A stretch of DNA of 64,000 nucleotides from Epiperipatus broadwayi (GCA_028023455.1 JAQFVV010000009.1:17112001-17176000), one strand, 5' to 3'; positions 26,934-43,422 are shown, counted from the first letter of the stretch. The notes: generated by a model from the letters alone, not told the origin. Translations and numbers: made by a program.

Positions 26934-29900
26934 TTGGAATATAAATCTTCCCAATGCTTTTTTCTTTTTAATATATGGTTTAATTATCATTCATTTCTAT
27001 GCATAATTCTGTCCACATATTAATGTTTATTCTTCCACTTAATAAAACATACTAAAAAGAAATGAACATTCATATTAAAATGTAAACTCATTTCATAATC
27101 CTTTTGTGCTTTAATTAATAATAATAAATATTAGTGGCCAATCCTTTGATTAATTTATAATTATGCAAACAAAGATACTTTATTTTTAATGAATTAAAAT
27201 AGCAATTATCAAAATTTAATGTATAAATACAAAAATATATAAAATAGAATGCAAAGCAAAAGTAATATTATAATGAAAAACTTCTCCCTCTAGTGGACAC
27301 ATAATGAAATGAGTAATATGTTTATTATATTATTTGAAAAATATCTTTAATAAAAAAGAATCATTTAAAAAATATTTTTTTGTAACTAAAGTTAAAAAAA
27401 AAAAAGCTCCTGAATCAATCTACATACAAGGACTTTCAGCCTAAATTATTATTATTATATTTTGGCTTTTAAATTTAAAGTGGCATTTTTCAATTAATGT
27501 ACTTGAAATAACATTATTCTGCATAATTATGAGAGAAAAGTAATTTGTAATTATTAAACAAGTATAGTTTTCCAATTAAATAGTTGAATAAAAAAAAAGG
27601 AAATAAATGTTCTTTGAATATTGTTTAAATATGAAGTATATTTAAACAAAAAACAAACAAGTAATAATCATATAATTATAATTTTTTTTAAAAAAAAAAA
27701 AGTAAAATGTAAATAAAACTATACAAATGCTGTCATTTAGAAATTTTAAGTATTTTGTATCATAAATATTTGCTTGGTTAACAATTTAATTATAGCTTTG
27801 ATTATATGATTCCGAGACAAGTTTTACTGGTTTGCCACTTGATTTTAAAATATAACATTAAGTATATACAGTATATGTATTATTAACTAAAAATTTGAAA
27901 AAAAAATAATAATAAACCTTAAATTTAGTTAAAGTAAATAAAAAGTTTTTCCAAATATTTAATTAATTTAAATTCATACTAACAGGATTTCTCATGAATT
28001 TTAAGTAATACGGAGAAACACTCATGATAAATAATGAAAATGAAAAATCAAATAATATTTCAATGGAATCTGCTTATGCAATAATGAAAATAATGATTAA
28101 ATGATTATGGATTACAATAAATTTTCAATTTAACATATGCATGTTAGTCAATTAATCATACATTTTAAATACATATATGTAAGGATAATAAAATAAATAT
28201 ATTATAAGGTCAGGGTCTTATGATATGGTGGTTATTGCCTCAATCTGTCACATCCTGATCTGAGATTTGAATCCAAGTTAGATGAAACTTGGTAATTTTT
28301 ATAGAGTACAAGCAGTCTTAGAATTTTTATTTTAGGTAGTCTGCCTATAGCAACTAATTAGACATCCAATTATTTGTCAGTGAATGGATCTCTAGCTTTT
28401 CTTAATCAGAGTAATTAGAAATAAAACAAGAAGTAAAATCTAAATTTCAACAGTTAGCATTTGTCAAGCATATTAATGCTTTCTCCATTATTGTAGAGAT
28501 TTTTGCTTTATAATGGAACTATTTAAAGGCTGCTTTAAATTATATAATAAATTTAAAAAGGAAAAAAAAAAGTAATACATTTTACTTTTTTATTTTAAAC
28601 TTTTTCTAAAAAAAAAAATATTTAAAATTAAAAGGCAAAATTTTAAAAATAAATTATGTTTTATTTAAATTCCATATAAAAAATAGTTAAATAAAGAATT
28701 GAGCATTATTAATGCATGTGAATGAAACTATATTAATCAAAATATAGTCCTGTGTAATTTAATGATCAGACTTTGGAGAGTAAAGTCCTCGAAGTAATTA
28801 ATTCTAGCATCCCTGGAATGAGAGTATCTTATGAAAACAATAAAGCCATTCAATTATTTACTTTTAACAAAAATATATAATAATAAAAATGTAAATAAGA
28901 TAACATGTAATGATAGTTTAACTAAATCCATAAGAAGGGCAGAGCACTATAATGTATAATAATATTTCCAAATGAGGAATGTTTATCTTTTTTGGTATGT
29001 AAAAAATATATAGAAGTGTCCAATTTTAAATGTACTAGAATTTTTTCTCCTGCCCAAGAACAAGCAAAAAGCAAATGGCCTGGATGAGCATGAAAAAAAC
29101 CAGTACTGTTTTCTATTTGAATTTGTTATAACAAATATCAATGATTGCTTCATCAATAAGTAGTTCATATCAATAATTCATTTTTTAAGCTTTGCATTAA
29201 TAGTTATAACACAAATGTCATAGAATGTTAAAGATAAAAACTATTTCTCAAGCTTGTTAAGTATATAAACTTATTCAAAAATTATATTTTGGTGAGTTTT
29301 TGTTATTGTCTGGTAGATATCAGACTGTCAGTAAAAAAAAAATCATCGAAGTTTAAAAAATTATTAAACTCTAGAATTTTATTGCATATTGCTTACCAAA
29401 CATACTTTTTTTTGTAGTCAATATCTAACTGTAGATTTTTCAATAATGAACTTAACTAGAAGCTTGAAAAGTATAGTTTTTAAAATTATTATCTTTAGTT
29501 CAGTTATATAGCTTCCTTTGTAACAAGTTAGAATTAACATAATTATTCAAAAAGTTATATATTAATCATAATAATTTTATAAATATATAGAAATTATTCA
29601 GGTAGAAATCAGCAATTTCTTTTAAATTCACAGAAGATAATTGAATTTCAAATGTATACTGATATTGTTAAAATTGTATAAAGTATTAATGGTGATGTCA
29701 CCTAAAGAAATTCAATGTTTAAGTAATTCAAGATATTTATTAGAAAATATACTGATTTATGTAACAGTACTATGTGGATATCAGTATCCCTGCAATGAAT
29801 GTCAATTCAGATAGCAATATGTAATAAAGTAGAGAATGAAAAGTTAGTAGTCTATTAATCTCTGATTCAGTTTGGTGCCAATTTTTTTGATAATAATTTA

Positions 29901-32900
29901 TTTAAAGTATTAATTATAATTCTTTGATTGTTTTAAATGAACAATACTAATTTACGAATATTATTATCTGATAGGTTATGATTTTATTTTTTTTACTTTG
30001 AGCACCACAATGGTATACACTGACCAGTATGTATTTGATCAAGCATAAACCCGTACATCTATTCATAAAGATATGAGAATAAATATATACCAATATTTTA
30101 CATGATGGCAATAATAATAATAATAAAATAGTAAATTGAATAAGATTTTAGTTCAGAAATTTATTCAATGTCAAAATTACTATTTTCCATTCATGAAATA
30201 TTAATTAGTAAAATCCTGAGAGATTTAATATTTTAAAAATTGACCATTATAAAAAAAAATGTACCTTAAATATCTAATCCACCTATTAAATATTATAGTT
30301 AGGATACTATGATTACAAATACATTCAGGTCTTTGAATTACAAATAGTTTATTATTATTCCCATCTTAGCATAAAAACAAAGTTATTTATAATTCTTAAA
30401 ACTATAAGAGTAATTTCAAATGCATTTTCCAGACAAACTTTAATAAATAAAATCAAACAGATTATTTGTTTTAATTCTAGGGCAAAAGACTTTTACCTTT
30501 CAATTAGCAGTCTTTGATCCTGGCATATTTTTCTATAACTTTCTTTAAAAGATAAAGCTAGACATAAAATTTACTTAATGAATTTTTCTCCTGTCATTTA
30601 AATATGTAGATATAAAATCATTTGGAAAACAAAGGGTAATTTTTTAAAACAGCAGCAGAATTGTTGACAAAGCTCTATGTCATAATATGTCCAAGGAATA
30701 AAAATCTTGAAAGAAAATCTTGATATATTTTGATATGGTTAATTTTTAGAATTACTAATAGGTCTTAATGAAATATGCATTTTGTAGATTTTTGATAGTA
30801 TTTGAAATTTTTACTGAATACGTTATTAGTTTACTTATTTTCAGAATTAATGAAATACCTGTGTTGTTTTCTGAGTAATGCTTATAGCTTTGTTTCTGTA
30901 GTTGATTTAGTGCAGTGATAATATGGCAGTTCTTAAGTTTAAGGCTCAGTTTTGTCACTTCTAGTGCTGGAACTTTTTATTAACACCCAAACAATAAAGC
31001 CATCTCATTATTTATTTATAGCATTTTTTGCCTTTTTTTTTATTGACCATGCTAATAGAAAGTCTTTTATTTTGTTGCTATCAATAGGGTCCATTACAAC
31101 TGTAATATTGATTTTAGCAGAGAGAATGTAATTGCTGATGTCTCTTAAATATTTTTTTTTTATTTTCCAGAATAATTCTGCACATGGTTAACAAGAATAT
31201 ATTATTATATTATCCTTATTATTGTAGAAGATCTTATTATTGCTAATTATGAAGATAATACCATGCCAATTTTAAAAATTATCTAATATTGCAATTATAT
31301 TAAGAATATGACGTTTCTGTAAATGACACATAAGAAATAAAAAATTTATAGCATAATGATATAAAATGCTTTAGAATTTATTAAAAATATTCTATATGAT
31401 GTTTTTATAAGAATTTATAATCTTATTTATGTTTACTGAGGAGTAATAGTTAAGTAAATGTATTATTTTAAGAATCTTGAAAATATTCTAGTTGTTTTGG
31501 AAGAATAGTTGAATATATGTAAAATTCCTCATTATATTTAGCTACATTGTATTAATTTGTTTATCATTATTATTAAGAGATGAACCTGAGATGTTGAATA
31601 ATTATAAGAGTTAGTTAAGTGATAATGAGTAGGAATTTTTAGTTAAAGTTAAAAAAAATATTATCTTTTATGAAAAAATAGTAATTGCTTTATTGTTTAA
31701 TAATTAATTTTATAAATTATTTAATTAGGATTTATTTTATGTATGTTGTGAGCCATGACAATATTACAAGATAGTTTCTTTGAGCGTATATCTTTCAGGA
31801 TACATCTTCAATGTTAAACCAGTGTACTTTGCTAAATGTCTCGTGCAAAGTTTCATAATTTTCTGTTAGTATTATTAATTAAAAATATTTTTATGTTAAA
31901 TTAACATAAAGTTAGATGAGCTGATTATTTAATTTGAACCCTAATTACTCATTATTGTCATTACTATTATATTTTGACTTGATTAATTTATTACATTTAA
32001 TTATTATACAAATATTAATTTTATTAGATATGGTATTTTAGAAAAGCATTCTGAACTAATTAAAATACTGCTTTAATAAATATTGTTTTGATAATTCGAT
32101 TGTGATTTGAAGTGTAGTAATTTAGAGTTTAAATGGAAAGTTTCCAATGTAGGCCATTTGGCAAGTCTCCAGTATAGCAAGGAAGGGTACAATATATATA
32201 TATATTATTTTTGAATTTATTTAATAGGTATATAGGCACTATAATTTTATTATTTTATTCATTTATATATAATGCAAACTTCTATAGTTATTAATTACCA
32301 TTGTATAAATAGTTTTATATGCATATATATAAAATACAACTATTTTTATAAAGAAATAATTTTTAATATATTTAAAACTAATAATTTTAAAACTTTTAAA
32401 ATTAATTTTAAATATTCCTTTCCAATTAAACATGTTATCTTTTACAATATCAATATTTATTTTATATTTATAAATAATTACCATTATATCATATATTTGT
32501 TTTTGTTTTTTTAAATTGTTTTACAATATTTTTATAATAGCAATTTTATTTTAAAAAAATTCTTAAGCATATTCTTTGATTTTTTTAAAAATACCTTTGA
32601 ATTTTTAATTTTAATTATAAATAAACATTATGTGAATTCAAAATAATTTTATATAGTTAATTTTAAATTTTATTTCCATTTCTTTAATATATTTTGTATA
32701 TAAATATATAATTTTTATTATGTTTATCAATATTTTATTATTTACAATTTTTTGGACTATATTTATTATCTGAATATTATTTTGACAAAAAGTTGTTGAT
32801 ATAGTATTGGTTTATTTTAAATTTTGACTGAGTGAATTATGTATGATAATCAAGTAGCTATGCACACTTCACATAGATAATAGGTAATAAAATAAATTCT

Positions 32901-33080
32901 ACAAAAGTATGTAAATAATTATTATTATGGCAATAAATTTTGGTATAAAACAATATTTATTATTTGTAAAGACAGGTTTTCAATATAATGTATCTTTGTC
33001 AAAGCATGACTGATACATAGTATCAAAAATCTGGCTTACCCAAAGTAATAAATATTGGTTTAATACACACATATAGACAT

Positions 33081-33919
33081 ATATTTTATTAATTAATTAA
33101 TCATTAATAATGTCAGGCCTGAATCATTATTTACTTTTAGATTTATTAATTATATGGATATAAATTTTTAAAAATATAAAAAATAACAAACACAATAAAA
33201 TCATTAGTAAAATAAAATAAACACACAGATAATAAATACAAAAAAACAATAAATGTATTGAATAATAAATATTTAAATAAAAACAACAAAATGATTTAAA
33301 TGAAATTTATGAAATAAAATGTAAACAAGAAAACATAATACAAATGTAGAAGAAAGAAGGAACTCAATTAAAACAACAAAATATGATAAAAAAATCTATT
33401 AATATACATACAAAACAAAGATCATGTATTTATTAAAAATTACAAACCCATTTAGCTTGAGCATTATTATACTTATTATTTAAATAATACTTTGGGTTCG
33501 ATTAGAAAATTATAATTGTAGATTGTAAAGTTATAATTGAATATTTATTTATCAGCATTCAGAACAGGTTATATTTACCTGTTTAATGAGGTTTATTTAA
33601 ACTTCTTTGTATCAATAATTTCAATCTCTGTGATCAAGTTGCAATCTTTAGTGTCTATATAACTATACTGAACCATTAATAAAGGTTGGATTCCATCTTT
33701 ATTGTTAAAATGATGTTGCCTTGACAACAGTTTGAAAATGTTGATTGTTATTGATATTGGGATTGTCAAAGTGTTGATTGGTTTTTAATGATTAGCAAAA
33801 ATGATATGTTTTTATCTAAAATAAAATATAAAGAAAAAGAATAGCTCTATATTTAAAAAATAAAAATAAATAATGATTCAAGCCAAAAATTATTAATGAT
33901 TAACTAATTAATAAAATAT
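33081..33919. repeat. Segment bounded by ~54-bp imperfect inverted repeats (MITE-like)
   Basis: 33081-33134 is the approximate reverse complement of 33867-33919. Confidence 0.45.
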
Positions 33920-34149
33920 GTGTTTCTATATATATATATGCAAAGAAGAGAAGATAAAAAATAAAAATGGTAAAATACAAAAAAGATATACATATTGAAA
34001 ATCATATATTATGGTACAAAAATAAATAAATAATATAAAATTAATAATACAGTATTATTTTTGAATTTGTACACTAATTACAAACTAAAATTAAAAAATT
34101 AATGATATTTAAAAAAAAAAAATCCAATAGAGGAATCAAAAAAGTATAT

Positions 34150-37110
34150 AGACATAACATTATTAGTACAAGGAATAATTCTGGAAATAATAATTTTCAA
34201 AGACATGCCAATAGCAAATGCTACAGAGAAAGAAGGGATGTATGAAAATTAAAAGTGGGTAGAATGTATTATTGGGTGATTAGATGGTTGCAGGTTATAG
34301 GAATATATTAGGCAGAAATGATAGAAAAAAAAATGTAAGGATTGTGACTGCCAGGAGCTGGAATTTTATATATTAAAGTGTTAGGAAAAACAAATAAAGA
34401 AGACTTGTGGAATTAATTTAAAGTTAAAATGTTTGTGTGAGAATAGTGGTGTTATTTTTTTATTTATATGTGTGGAATATGATTATTAGAAATACAGATT
34501 TATTTAAAAGACATGGATTACTTTTATTAGCAAGAGAATAAAATATTAGAGGAGTTAATTTATAATAAATGCTATTATCCATTAAACTAAAGAAGGGAGG
34601 GAGGAGTAAATATAGATTAAAAATAAAGATGCAATGTTGAAGGTAATAATGAAAAGAAAGGATCAGTATTCATATTTAATGATGTGAATGTGATAAAAGA
34701 TAATATGAGTGAAGATAGAATGAGACATTTTTGATGGCAGATATCTGGAAATAGTTATTAGAAAAAATTACTTAAAAGAAAAAAAATCCGAGAGTATTAA
34801 TATAAACTTGGTCTTATAAATATGGAAGAGGGAAAGATATGAATAAGTGAAGAGAAATAGAGGAAATTATATAGAAAGATTAGAAGCAGTGGCAGAGACA
34901 TTTTTGAGAAAGAAAGAACTGCATCTTCAGAAATGCGAATGAAAGGGGTTAAAGGTATGATGAGGATTTAAAAAAAAGATATTACTGTTTAAAATGACAT
35001 CTTAAAATGAAAATCTAAAAAACAAATGGGGATTAGATTGACATTGGATAAAAAGAAATAAATATTTGGAGTATTTTACCATATAAAATGGCGGAATACG
35101 AGTAGGGAAATATTACATAGGCATATAAGTGAGTTTAAAAATATTAATTGTAAAATACTACTTGCAGATAATACAAATAAGCATGTGAAATTGATGAATG
35201 AAAAAATGTGAATATAGAATTATTAAAAAAAATATGTATGAGAAAGATCTATTGAGAATTAAAAATTTGAATAAAGTACATGATGGAAAATTTATATGAC
35301 TGAGATAGAATCTAAAATGTGTTGTTGATAAAGAATTAGTGCATAAAGAGGAATTGGTAAGAATAAAAAGAATTAAAGTATTAAATGAAAAAATTAAAGA
35401 ATGTAGTAATTAATAATAATAACTTTATATTTTTAGAATCAGAGATATTTGAAAGGCAAAATAATGAAATTTATAAAAATGTTGACAGGAAAGAATTGAA
35501 AATAAACAATGAGATTAAGTTGAAAAGCTTTAATGATATCTTGGAAACAATTATGAAAGATAGTGATTTTAAAAATTATAAAGAATGAATGGATACAGTA
35601 AAGAAATTGTAAATAAGTGTTTATTTAGAATCAATAGAATTAATAAAAGAAAATGGAAACTTTTAATAAGTATTTAAAAAAAAAAAAAAATGTAGGAATT
35701 ATAGAGGCCACTAAAGAGTGAGCGAAAGAAAGTAGTGATTAGACGGCATAGTTACTTAAGGAAAAAAAAAATAACTAGAATAAAATTACAACAGAAATAG
35801 ATCTTAAGAAGTTAATGAAAGAAATTAATAATACAGGAAAAAAGTTGGTAATTTTTTTTAGAGATAAATGAAGATGAAAAATAATTTTGAAAAAAAAAAA
35901 TGCAGAGGAAAGAAAAAGTCAGGATAGGAAGAAATTTGAAAAAATACAAAATAGCTTTATAATAAAAACTTTGGGTGAAAAGGCATTGATAAGGGAATAT
36001 GTTTCATTAGAGAGCTTTATAATAAAATGACTAGAATGACAGATACAGAATTAAATAGAGCAATAAGTAAATTGGAAAAAAAAGAAATCAAGAAGATTGG
36101 ATAGTATTGCAGTTGAGATGGTAGTAGATATGGAATAAAAGAAAGCTTAGTTTAAAACAAATTTTAAAAAAATTATGATCAATAAAATTCTAGAAAAAAG
36201 GGAGGGGGTAGATTTTAGATTGTTAACTAGCTATAAGTAGTAGCAAAATCTTCCATAATTTTTATAAATTATCTACATATATTTTAATGGATAGGATTAG
36301 TGCCACTTAGATGGGAAAAAAAATGAAATTTTGGGGACATTCAGAATAAATTTTGTTCAGAGAAAAGGATATGGAATGTAGGAGATAATTCATTAATCTC
36401 ATTTGATTGAAATGTTTTTAAAAGAAAATAAACCATTATTTATTACATTTTTAAATATAGAAAAAGCTAAGGTGGATAAAAATATATTGTAATAAGACAT
36501 GAAAAATATGAAAATAGATTTAGAATTGTTAAGAATAATTTAAAATCTTTAGAAGGATAATTGTATAAATTATCAATTAGAAAATATAGAATTAGTCAGT
36601 TATATGTGGAATTAGATTGAAACAAGGATGTCCAATATCATTCTATTATTTATTTTGTTTCTAAAAGAATTAGATGTTGAGATAAAAAGATTAAAAATAA
36701 GGGTGAAGATTTTTTTAGTTGGAATCAAGAGAATGTAAAGTGTTGTAGTTCTTTGGCAATTTTTGTAAAAAGTGTAGAAAGATTTGTTATTATAAAAGGA
36801 TGGTAATGTAGGAATAAGCATAAAAATTAAATTTAGTGAAGAAAAATTAAACAAATCCACATTTCTAATGGGAAGTGTAAAACTGAAGAATGGAAAATGA
36901 GAGTTTCGGTATTTTGTTAAATAAAAAAACAAATTATACAGATAGTTAAAAAAAAAAAAAGAAAAAAATATAATGGAATTGATTTAAAATATGGTATATT
37001 TCTCATATAATAAATATAAACTACGTAGAATTATTTGCAAAAGAGTGGTGCAGCCTGCTTTAGAATTTGGAAATGATATATTTGGAAATTCAAGAAAAGA
37101 AGATAACATG
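34150..37110 (+). pseudogene. Old, heavily decayed APE-RT LINE
   Basis: Purine-rich strand with residual RKGYG (~36360), FLNIEKA (~36450), LKQGCPIS (~36620) and RVVQPALEFG (~37045). Confidence 0.6.
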
Positions 37111-40100
37111 TTAGAGCTCACATCAAATACAGCACCAAAAAATCTTCTTTCATTCAATGTTATGCTCCCAAGTTTAAATCCTGACAGTTTTGTAGCTATA
37201 ATTGCTGCCCAATCAATCTTCTACTTTGTCACTTTTACTGAGATTATAATGGTTTTTACTATTTAAATGAATCATTAAGCAAGCATAGTGACTTAGCTAG
37301 AATTGTGAAACTAACTAGTTTTAGATCACCTTTTTTAAATCCACATTTGTGGAAAACAAACAAATTTCTAAATAGAGCAGCATCATTTTTCAAATAAAAC
37401 TCCTATCCAAAATCCAATTCCAAAATTACTCTATTGACTGTACTATATTATATAAGATCACAACTAAAAATCAAGTCTGCTAAATCTGTCATTTGTATTA
37501 ACTTTCTCTATACAAATGGCTTTGCAAACTTACATACATATTAGCACACTCACATACACAAAATAACAAAGACTGAAGTCAAAATTAATGAGTGTATAAT
37601 TAAGGAATGAAAATACAGTTACATAAAATCACTACTTCATTGTCATAGTTAATGCAAAGAGATAGTAGCAGCAGGAGAGGTTTAGGTCAACCAATCATTA
37701 ACAAAACTAAATAACTAAAGACAAAGAGAATAAGAAATGAAAGAGCTCAAAAAATCAAATATCTCTGCTAAATTGATAAAAATAATACATAAAATATCCC
37801 TTACTAAAGAAAATATATATATAAGATAGGCAAAATAATGAGAACACTTAATTTATTAGTACTATTTTTTGAGACCATGTAGACGACAAAAGAAAATACA
37901 CATCAATATATTTTTTAGTTTACTTTTATAATTAGAAGCAATAAGAATATATAACAGAAAAAAAATGTAATAATCATAAGCTTATGTTAAGAAATATAAA
38001 ACAACTTTGAATTTTAAGATCAAATAACTGATGTCTAATTAGGTGATTTCTTTGCACCAAAAGCATTTAAATGTTTGATGTTTTAAGATTGAGACTCAAA
38101 GTGATAATGGTATTTATTATACATAAAAACAAAACTTTCTAAAAACCAGCTTTAATTTGAATCCAATGTTTAAAGTGAGATCCTATGTCAAAATTCACAA
38201 AATCAAATTGGAGCAAAACAGAGCAGATAAGACCACATCTGAATCTTTTAGATCTCTCAAAATAATCCATTAAGAGCTTCACAAGCAGAATATTTAAAGA
38301 CAAACTGCTATTTCAAAGCCATTAATTTCTAATGTGAACTAGAGTGCACTACCAAGAACATAAGAACTTGGACAATAAATGAAATCGAAAAATTTATGTC
38401 TGGTAGTCTTCAAAACAAATTTATTAACCAGATTGGCTTCTTACAACTATAAAACAAAATAATGGAATTGTAATGATTTGGGCAATTATATTATGATATG
38501 ATTCTTGATCCAATTATTACTGCAGGTGATTTGAACATTTTGGGACAAAATTAGGCTATCTCATGATCAAAAAAAATTTTTTCTATCTTCCAAAATAATG
38601 ATCCGATTCATATAGCTCAAACAGCCAAATACTGGTTAAATAGCATGAGAACATTTCACATCTCCTATGTCTTCATCAATTACTTGATTTAATTATTATA
38701 AAGTCTTTGTTAAACATTTTTGAATAATAAATGAGAGGTCAAAGTTCTTTGACAATATTTTTCAAAGAATTAGAAGCTTTTATCCATGAAGAATGACTGC
38801 ATATTACTTTACTTAAATATTATATAATCTCACTTCACATATAAGCAGTTATTGATAAAAACATAATTCTATACGACATAAAATTATCAAAAAGTATATT
38901 CATTACTTTGTCCAATCCTTACATACTTATATACATTAAAATAAAGCTTGCTTTTTTTATGCTTTAAGATATTAAAGATACTAAAATTAAATATATAAAA
39001 AAAAATTATTCACACTTATTGAAAATAAACATAATTATTCATAATTTAAATATAATTCTTAATTAAAAAATACATATCTAAATTGCAGAAATAATGTTGT
39101 TAACTAATACTAAAATAATGTAAGAGATAACAATCAAATTAATAGAATACATGTGAATAATTATAGGTTATTACTATCTATAACAAATAAACGATTATGT
39201 GTTAAATAAATGTAAATGTCAATGACTTTAATAGAAAAGCTTCAAGTAAAAATATTTTTTAAATAATAAATATGAATATACATACATACACATGTATATA
39301 TAAAATGTACATATAAAATAAAGAAACTTTTGTGGTATATCATGTATCAGTCCTCCACATTGAGAAATTCTATTCAGCAATCTAATGTCACAAAAATTTC
39401 TTTTATTTCATCTTTTAACCATAAAAATCTGTTATAAAAATTATATATGTATTCATACATACATTGTTATGTATATATATGTACATTTCAACAGATAAAT
39501 AAGAATAATTCAAAAATGAAAATAATTACATCTAATGTCTGAAAAGATATGACATAAATATTTGTATGTAATTTGGAAATTTATATATCAAATTCTAAGC
39601 AATATGATACTACAACCAAGAAATAGCTCTTGATATAATCACTATTATTCATAATTGCCTCACACTGCAGACAATTTGAACATTTTGGAGATCAAACCAT
39701 CTCATGGCACAACTTTTTTTTTTTTTCAGACAAGTGTCACTTTCAAAGTGCATATAGCAAAATATTGGTTAAAGTTAGCATGAGATTGATATTATACATT
39801 TACCATGACTTATCCAAACATATGATTTAAATACTATAGATACTTTCATCATTATTTTCTGAATTACATTTATCCAATTACACATACATATAATGAGCTC
39901 ATAGTTTGAGTGGAAATGTAAAATATTGAAATCAACAATATAAACTTTTCTTTCAATCAATTCATTCTTGTTGAAAATTTACAATTATTATAATAAAATT
40001 CAGCATTACACATAAATACAAAATGTTATGCAAGTAAATACTTAATATTTAGAATGTGTGATATCATAAATTTATTTAATTTCCTTGTTCATAACATTTA

Positions 40101-41942
40101 CTTGCTCACAAAAATATTTTATGACTCCAAAAAGTTAAGAAATTACTAATTATTTTGTAATATAATAATGGCACATGAAGCAATTACACAATTTTAACAC
40201 CTATACAATATCTATATATAAGCAAATTATAGTCATCAAGAATAGCAAGAAATATATTATTGAGACTGCATTACAATAAAAAAAATGATTCTTAAAAATT
40301 AGGCAAATAAATAGGAAACTTATAAAATAAATCTCCTCCATAAAAGAGAAAAATGATCAAGAAGAAGAATCATGATCACTGAACATTTTATTTGCTTGCA
40401 AGATTTTGTTGAGTTACAATAAATTTGTTAAACATGTGTAATTACATTCAAATTATCACACACACACACATTTCATTAAATATTATAATATGATGTTGAT
40501 CTATGACAATAATATATCAAACTAAATAAAGATGTAATTACAAAAAAAATTAAAAATATATAAATATTGCTTTCTTCATACACTATTTAAAAAAACAGTA
40601 ATAAATATTTTTATGTTAATTTATATTACATTATTTAAGAACACATAAATTATATTTAAAAAAATATATTACTTACAACAAATAAATTATATTTTTAAAA
40701 AATAACAAAAAACAAATAAATAGAAGTTGCATAAAGATTATGAATGAAATGACTTACATCTTTCTATTATAGATAATCATACACACATACATATATATAG
40801 GTATAATACTCTATTAATCCAAGTTCCAAAAATGTAACAACTTCTATCATTTGAATAAAGTTGTGAAAGAGTCTAAATTTTCATGAATGCCCAATTTTAT
40901 TAAAATGAACTTAGTCAAGCATGATATAGTTCTATATTAGAAATTATCTTAACCCAAATAAAGAAGCAGACCAAACACTTTAAAATAACAAAAGAAAATT
41001 AAACTAAATAAGATTCTCTTGATTAGTGATTATCATTACAACTAGAGTATGAAAAAAAAAATCAACTTATTAAACAAGGAGGAAAATTAATATTCTTTAA
41101 AATCCAACCTGAAACTAAAATATGTGCAAAATTAACTGTATTTTAAGTTATACACTTAATTAGTTATTAAGACCATCATATTTTCGGATTTTTAAAATAT
41201 TAGCTTAGGAGAGGATTCAAAATAAACAGCTAGTAGTTTTTTGTAAAGAAATGAGAATATGCATATATAAGTAATAAATATAAATAATCAAAGTTGAATA
41301 AAATACACTTAAGTTTCCAAAAGCTGGAAATGAATTTTTGTACTTATAAAATTTTTTTTTTCTTTTCTGGAGATCCATTTGATAGTTTAATTAAAATTAA
41401 ATTCAGCAATAAAATTTGATTAAAAAACAGTTGATTAGTGTTAATTATTGAATTAAAATACAAGAACAAAGAAACACAAACAAAAACAATAAAGAAACTG
41501 GAACTGAGAGTGATTGAAAGATATGTTCTCATCGCATGTTGGCATATATATATATATAAAAAAAAAGGAAGAAATAAAAAGATGTTAACCAATATTCAAA
41601 GTGCACATAATGAGCATTGTACAGTTACAAAAAAAAAAAAAAAGCCTCCATCAATGCATGGAAAGATTTAGAAAACTCTTTTATTCTCCTAAAGATTCTA
41701 AATTATCGCAGTTGTCTCATCACAATAATTCAGCTACAGTTATTTGTCTCACAAAGAATACGCTTATTAAAATTATTTCTCAGTGCTAATTTAATTACAG
41801 CTATAATGAAAAAATATCTTGAGGATAAAAACTATCAGATAAGTTCTAAAAATAGAATAAACGTATTAACTGTTGCCTGAATCATGGTATCTTATCTAAT
41901 CATGACACAATGCCTGTTGCAAATCCAGAAATGGTAATGTTC

Positions 41943-42455
41943 TAGTGGTCTTCAACCTTTTCACACTTGTGGACCGGTAAAAATAAGGATAAGGTTCCGC
42001 AACCGGTAAGCAGACCAGCAGAAGTCTATAGATAAATTTTCTTAAAGATAAGCATAATTGTTACAACTGATCAAAACAATAATGTTAAATATATAAGATA
42101 AAGTTTTATATATATATGGAGTTTGTATAATAAAAAACTTTTTTTTTAATTTTGAATTTTTTTTTTAAAAAGTAATAAAAATATTTAATTCTATCCCCCC
42201 CCCCCATAAACATCTGTGATAACTAGAAAAACAAATTAATTTATGTATAATTGATTAGATTTTGTTTTCTTTCCGTTTTTTTTTTAATTGGGTAAAAATG
42301 AGATGAAAAAATAAATAAAAATTGGTTATATTAATTAAAAGTTTAAACTCTTATTATTTTGTTATTACAAACTTTCTTGCCAGTCTAGCGCACTGCGCAG
42401 CAGATAAGTTCCATGGCCCGGTGCCGGGCTGCGGACCAAGGGTTAAAGACCACTG
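41943..42455. mobile_element. hAT-like MITE
   Basis: TIRs (t)agtggtcttcaacc / ggttaaagaccactg; GC-rich subterminal ggaccgg motifs; flanks gttctag and ttttagag resemble an NTCTAGAN target. Confidence 0.6.
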
Positions 42456-43058
42456 TTTTAGAGTACAGTTTTTAACCTGATTATAATAGAAGTGTTTTCT
42501 CACTGCCTGCATTTATCAAGCTTACCGATAATGTTACAGACATTCAGAAGATAAAATTTTACACAAAAGAAATCAGTGAAGACCAAGCATCATCTAAGAA
42601 TTTTAACTTAATCAGAAATAAAGGTTATAGGATAAATGCAGAATTACTGTGATGTATAAGTATATTTATAGTCAAAAGTAAGATTATGAAATTATCAAAG
42701 AAACTGTGGATAATATTTAAAAACAAATAAAATGTCTTTAAAAACAACTTCATTACAATAAAATATTTTACTTTTTTTTTATTATAAGCATTATGTTAAA
42801 TTTCAACATATGTATATACAGTGAAACCACGATATACACTATGTTTTGTTCCAAACCCTCCTCATGTACATAGTAATAGTGTATAATAGCCCACATTTTG
42901 AAGATAAAATTTGATTAGAATAGAATATATATTATTTAACAAACTGCAAGTGTATAATACTTTTCAATGTTCACATGTACCTAACATACACTTTTTTACA
43001 TGTATAATAAGCATATATAAAGCAAAATTATAGTATAAACAAACATTTTTAAAAATAA

Positions 43059-43422
43059 AAACAGGCAAAACTTTCTATACGTATTGCCATTCAGTGCAAG
43101 CCAGAGTAATCAATGGATGCCAGAAGGCTTGTACGTAAAATCCCCATCTAGTGCCTACTCATCCAATGTCTCCAGACTAGTTTCTGGCTTGTGATCTTCA
43201 TCAGTGAGGAGCTTTGGATCTGAGAGCACTGCACCTAGATCTTAGGATCTAATGCAACCCTCCAGTAGCCACCTTTTATCTCTACTTAACTACAAAACTA
43301 TGAGTCTTAAATTGAAAACACCATAATATTTTCAATCCAAGCTCATTAGCTTATATAGCTATACATTTTGTGTTTTAATAACAGTTTTGAGCAAGCATAA
43401 AAAATGGTGATCATGTGATGTT
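43059..43422 (-). mobile_element. Retrozyme-like insertion 1 (fold-back: long minus arm plus short inverted tail)
   Basis: Matches the 458-bp family; arms join at ~43372-43378; perfect 14-bp TSD atttttaaaaataa at 43045-43058 and 43423-43436. Confidence 0.85.
43161..43219 (-). ncRNA. Type I hammerhead ribozyme (stems I and II each with a mismatch)
   Basis: CTGATGA at 43204-43198; GAAA-CTAG-TC; GUC site with predicted cleavage between 43175 and 43174. Confidence 0.75.

Noticed and set aside
28208-28290. Degenerate tRNA/SINE-like A and B boxes
   Set aside because: Too decayed; no TSD or tail found.
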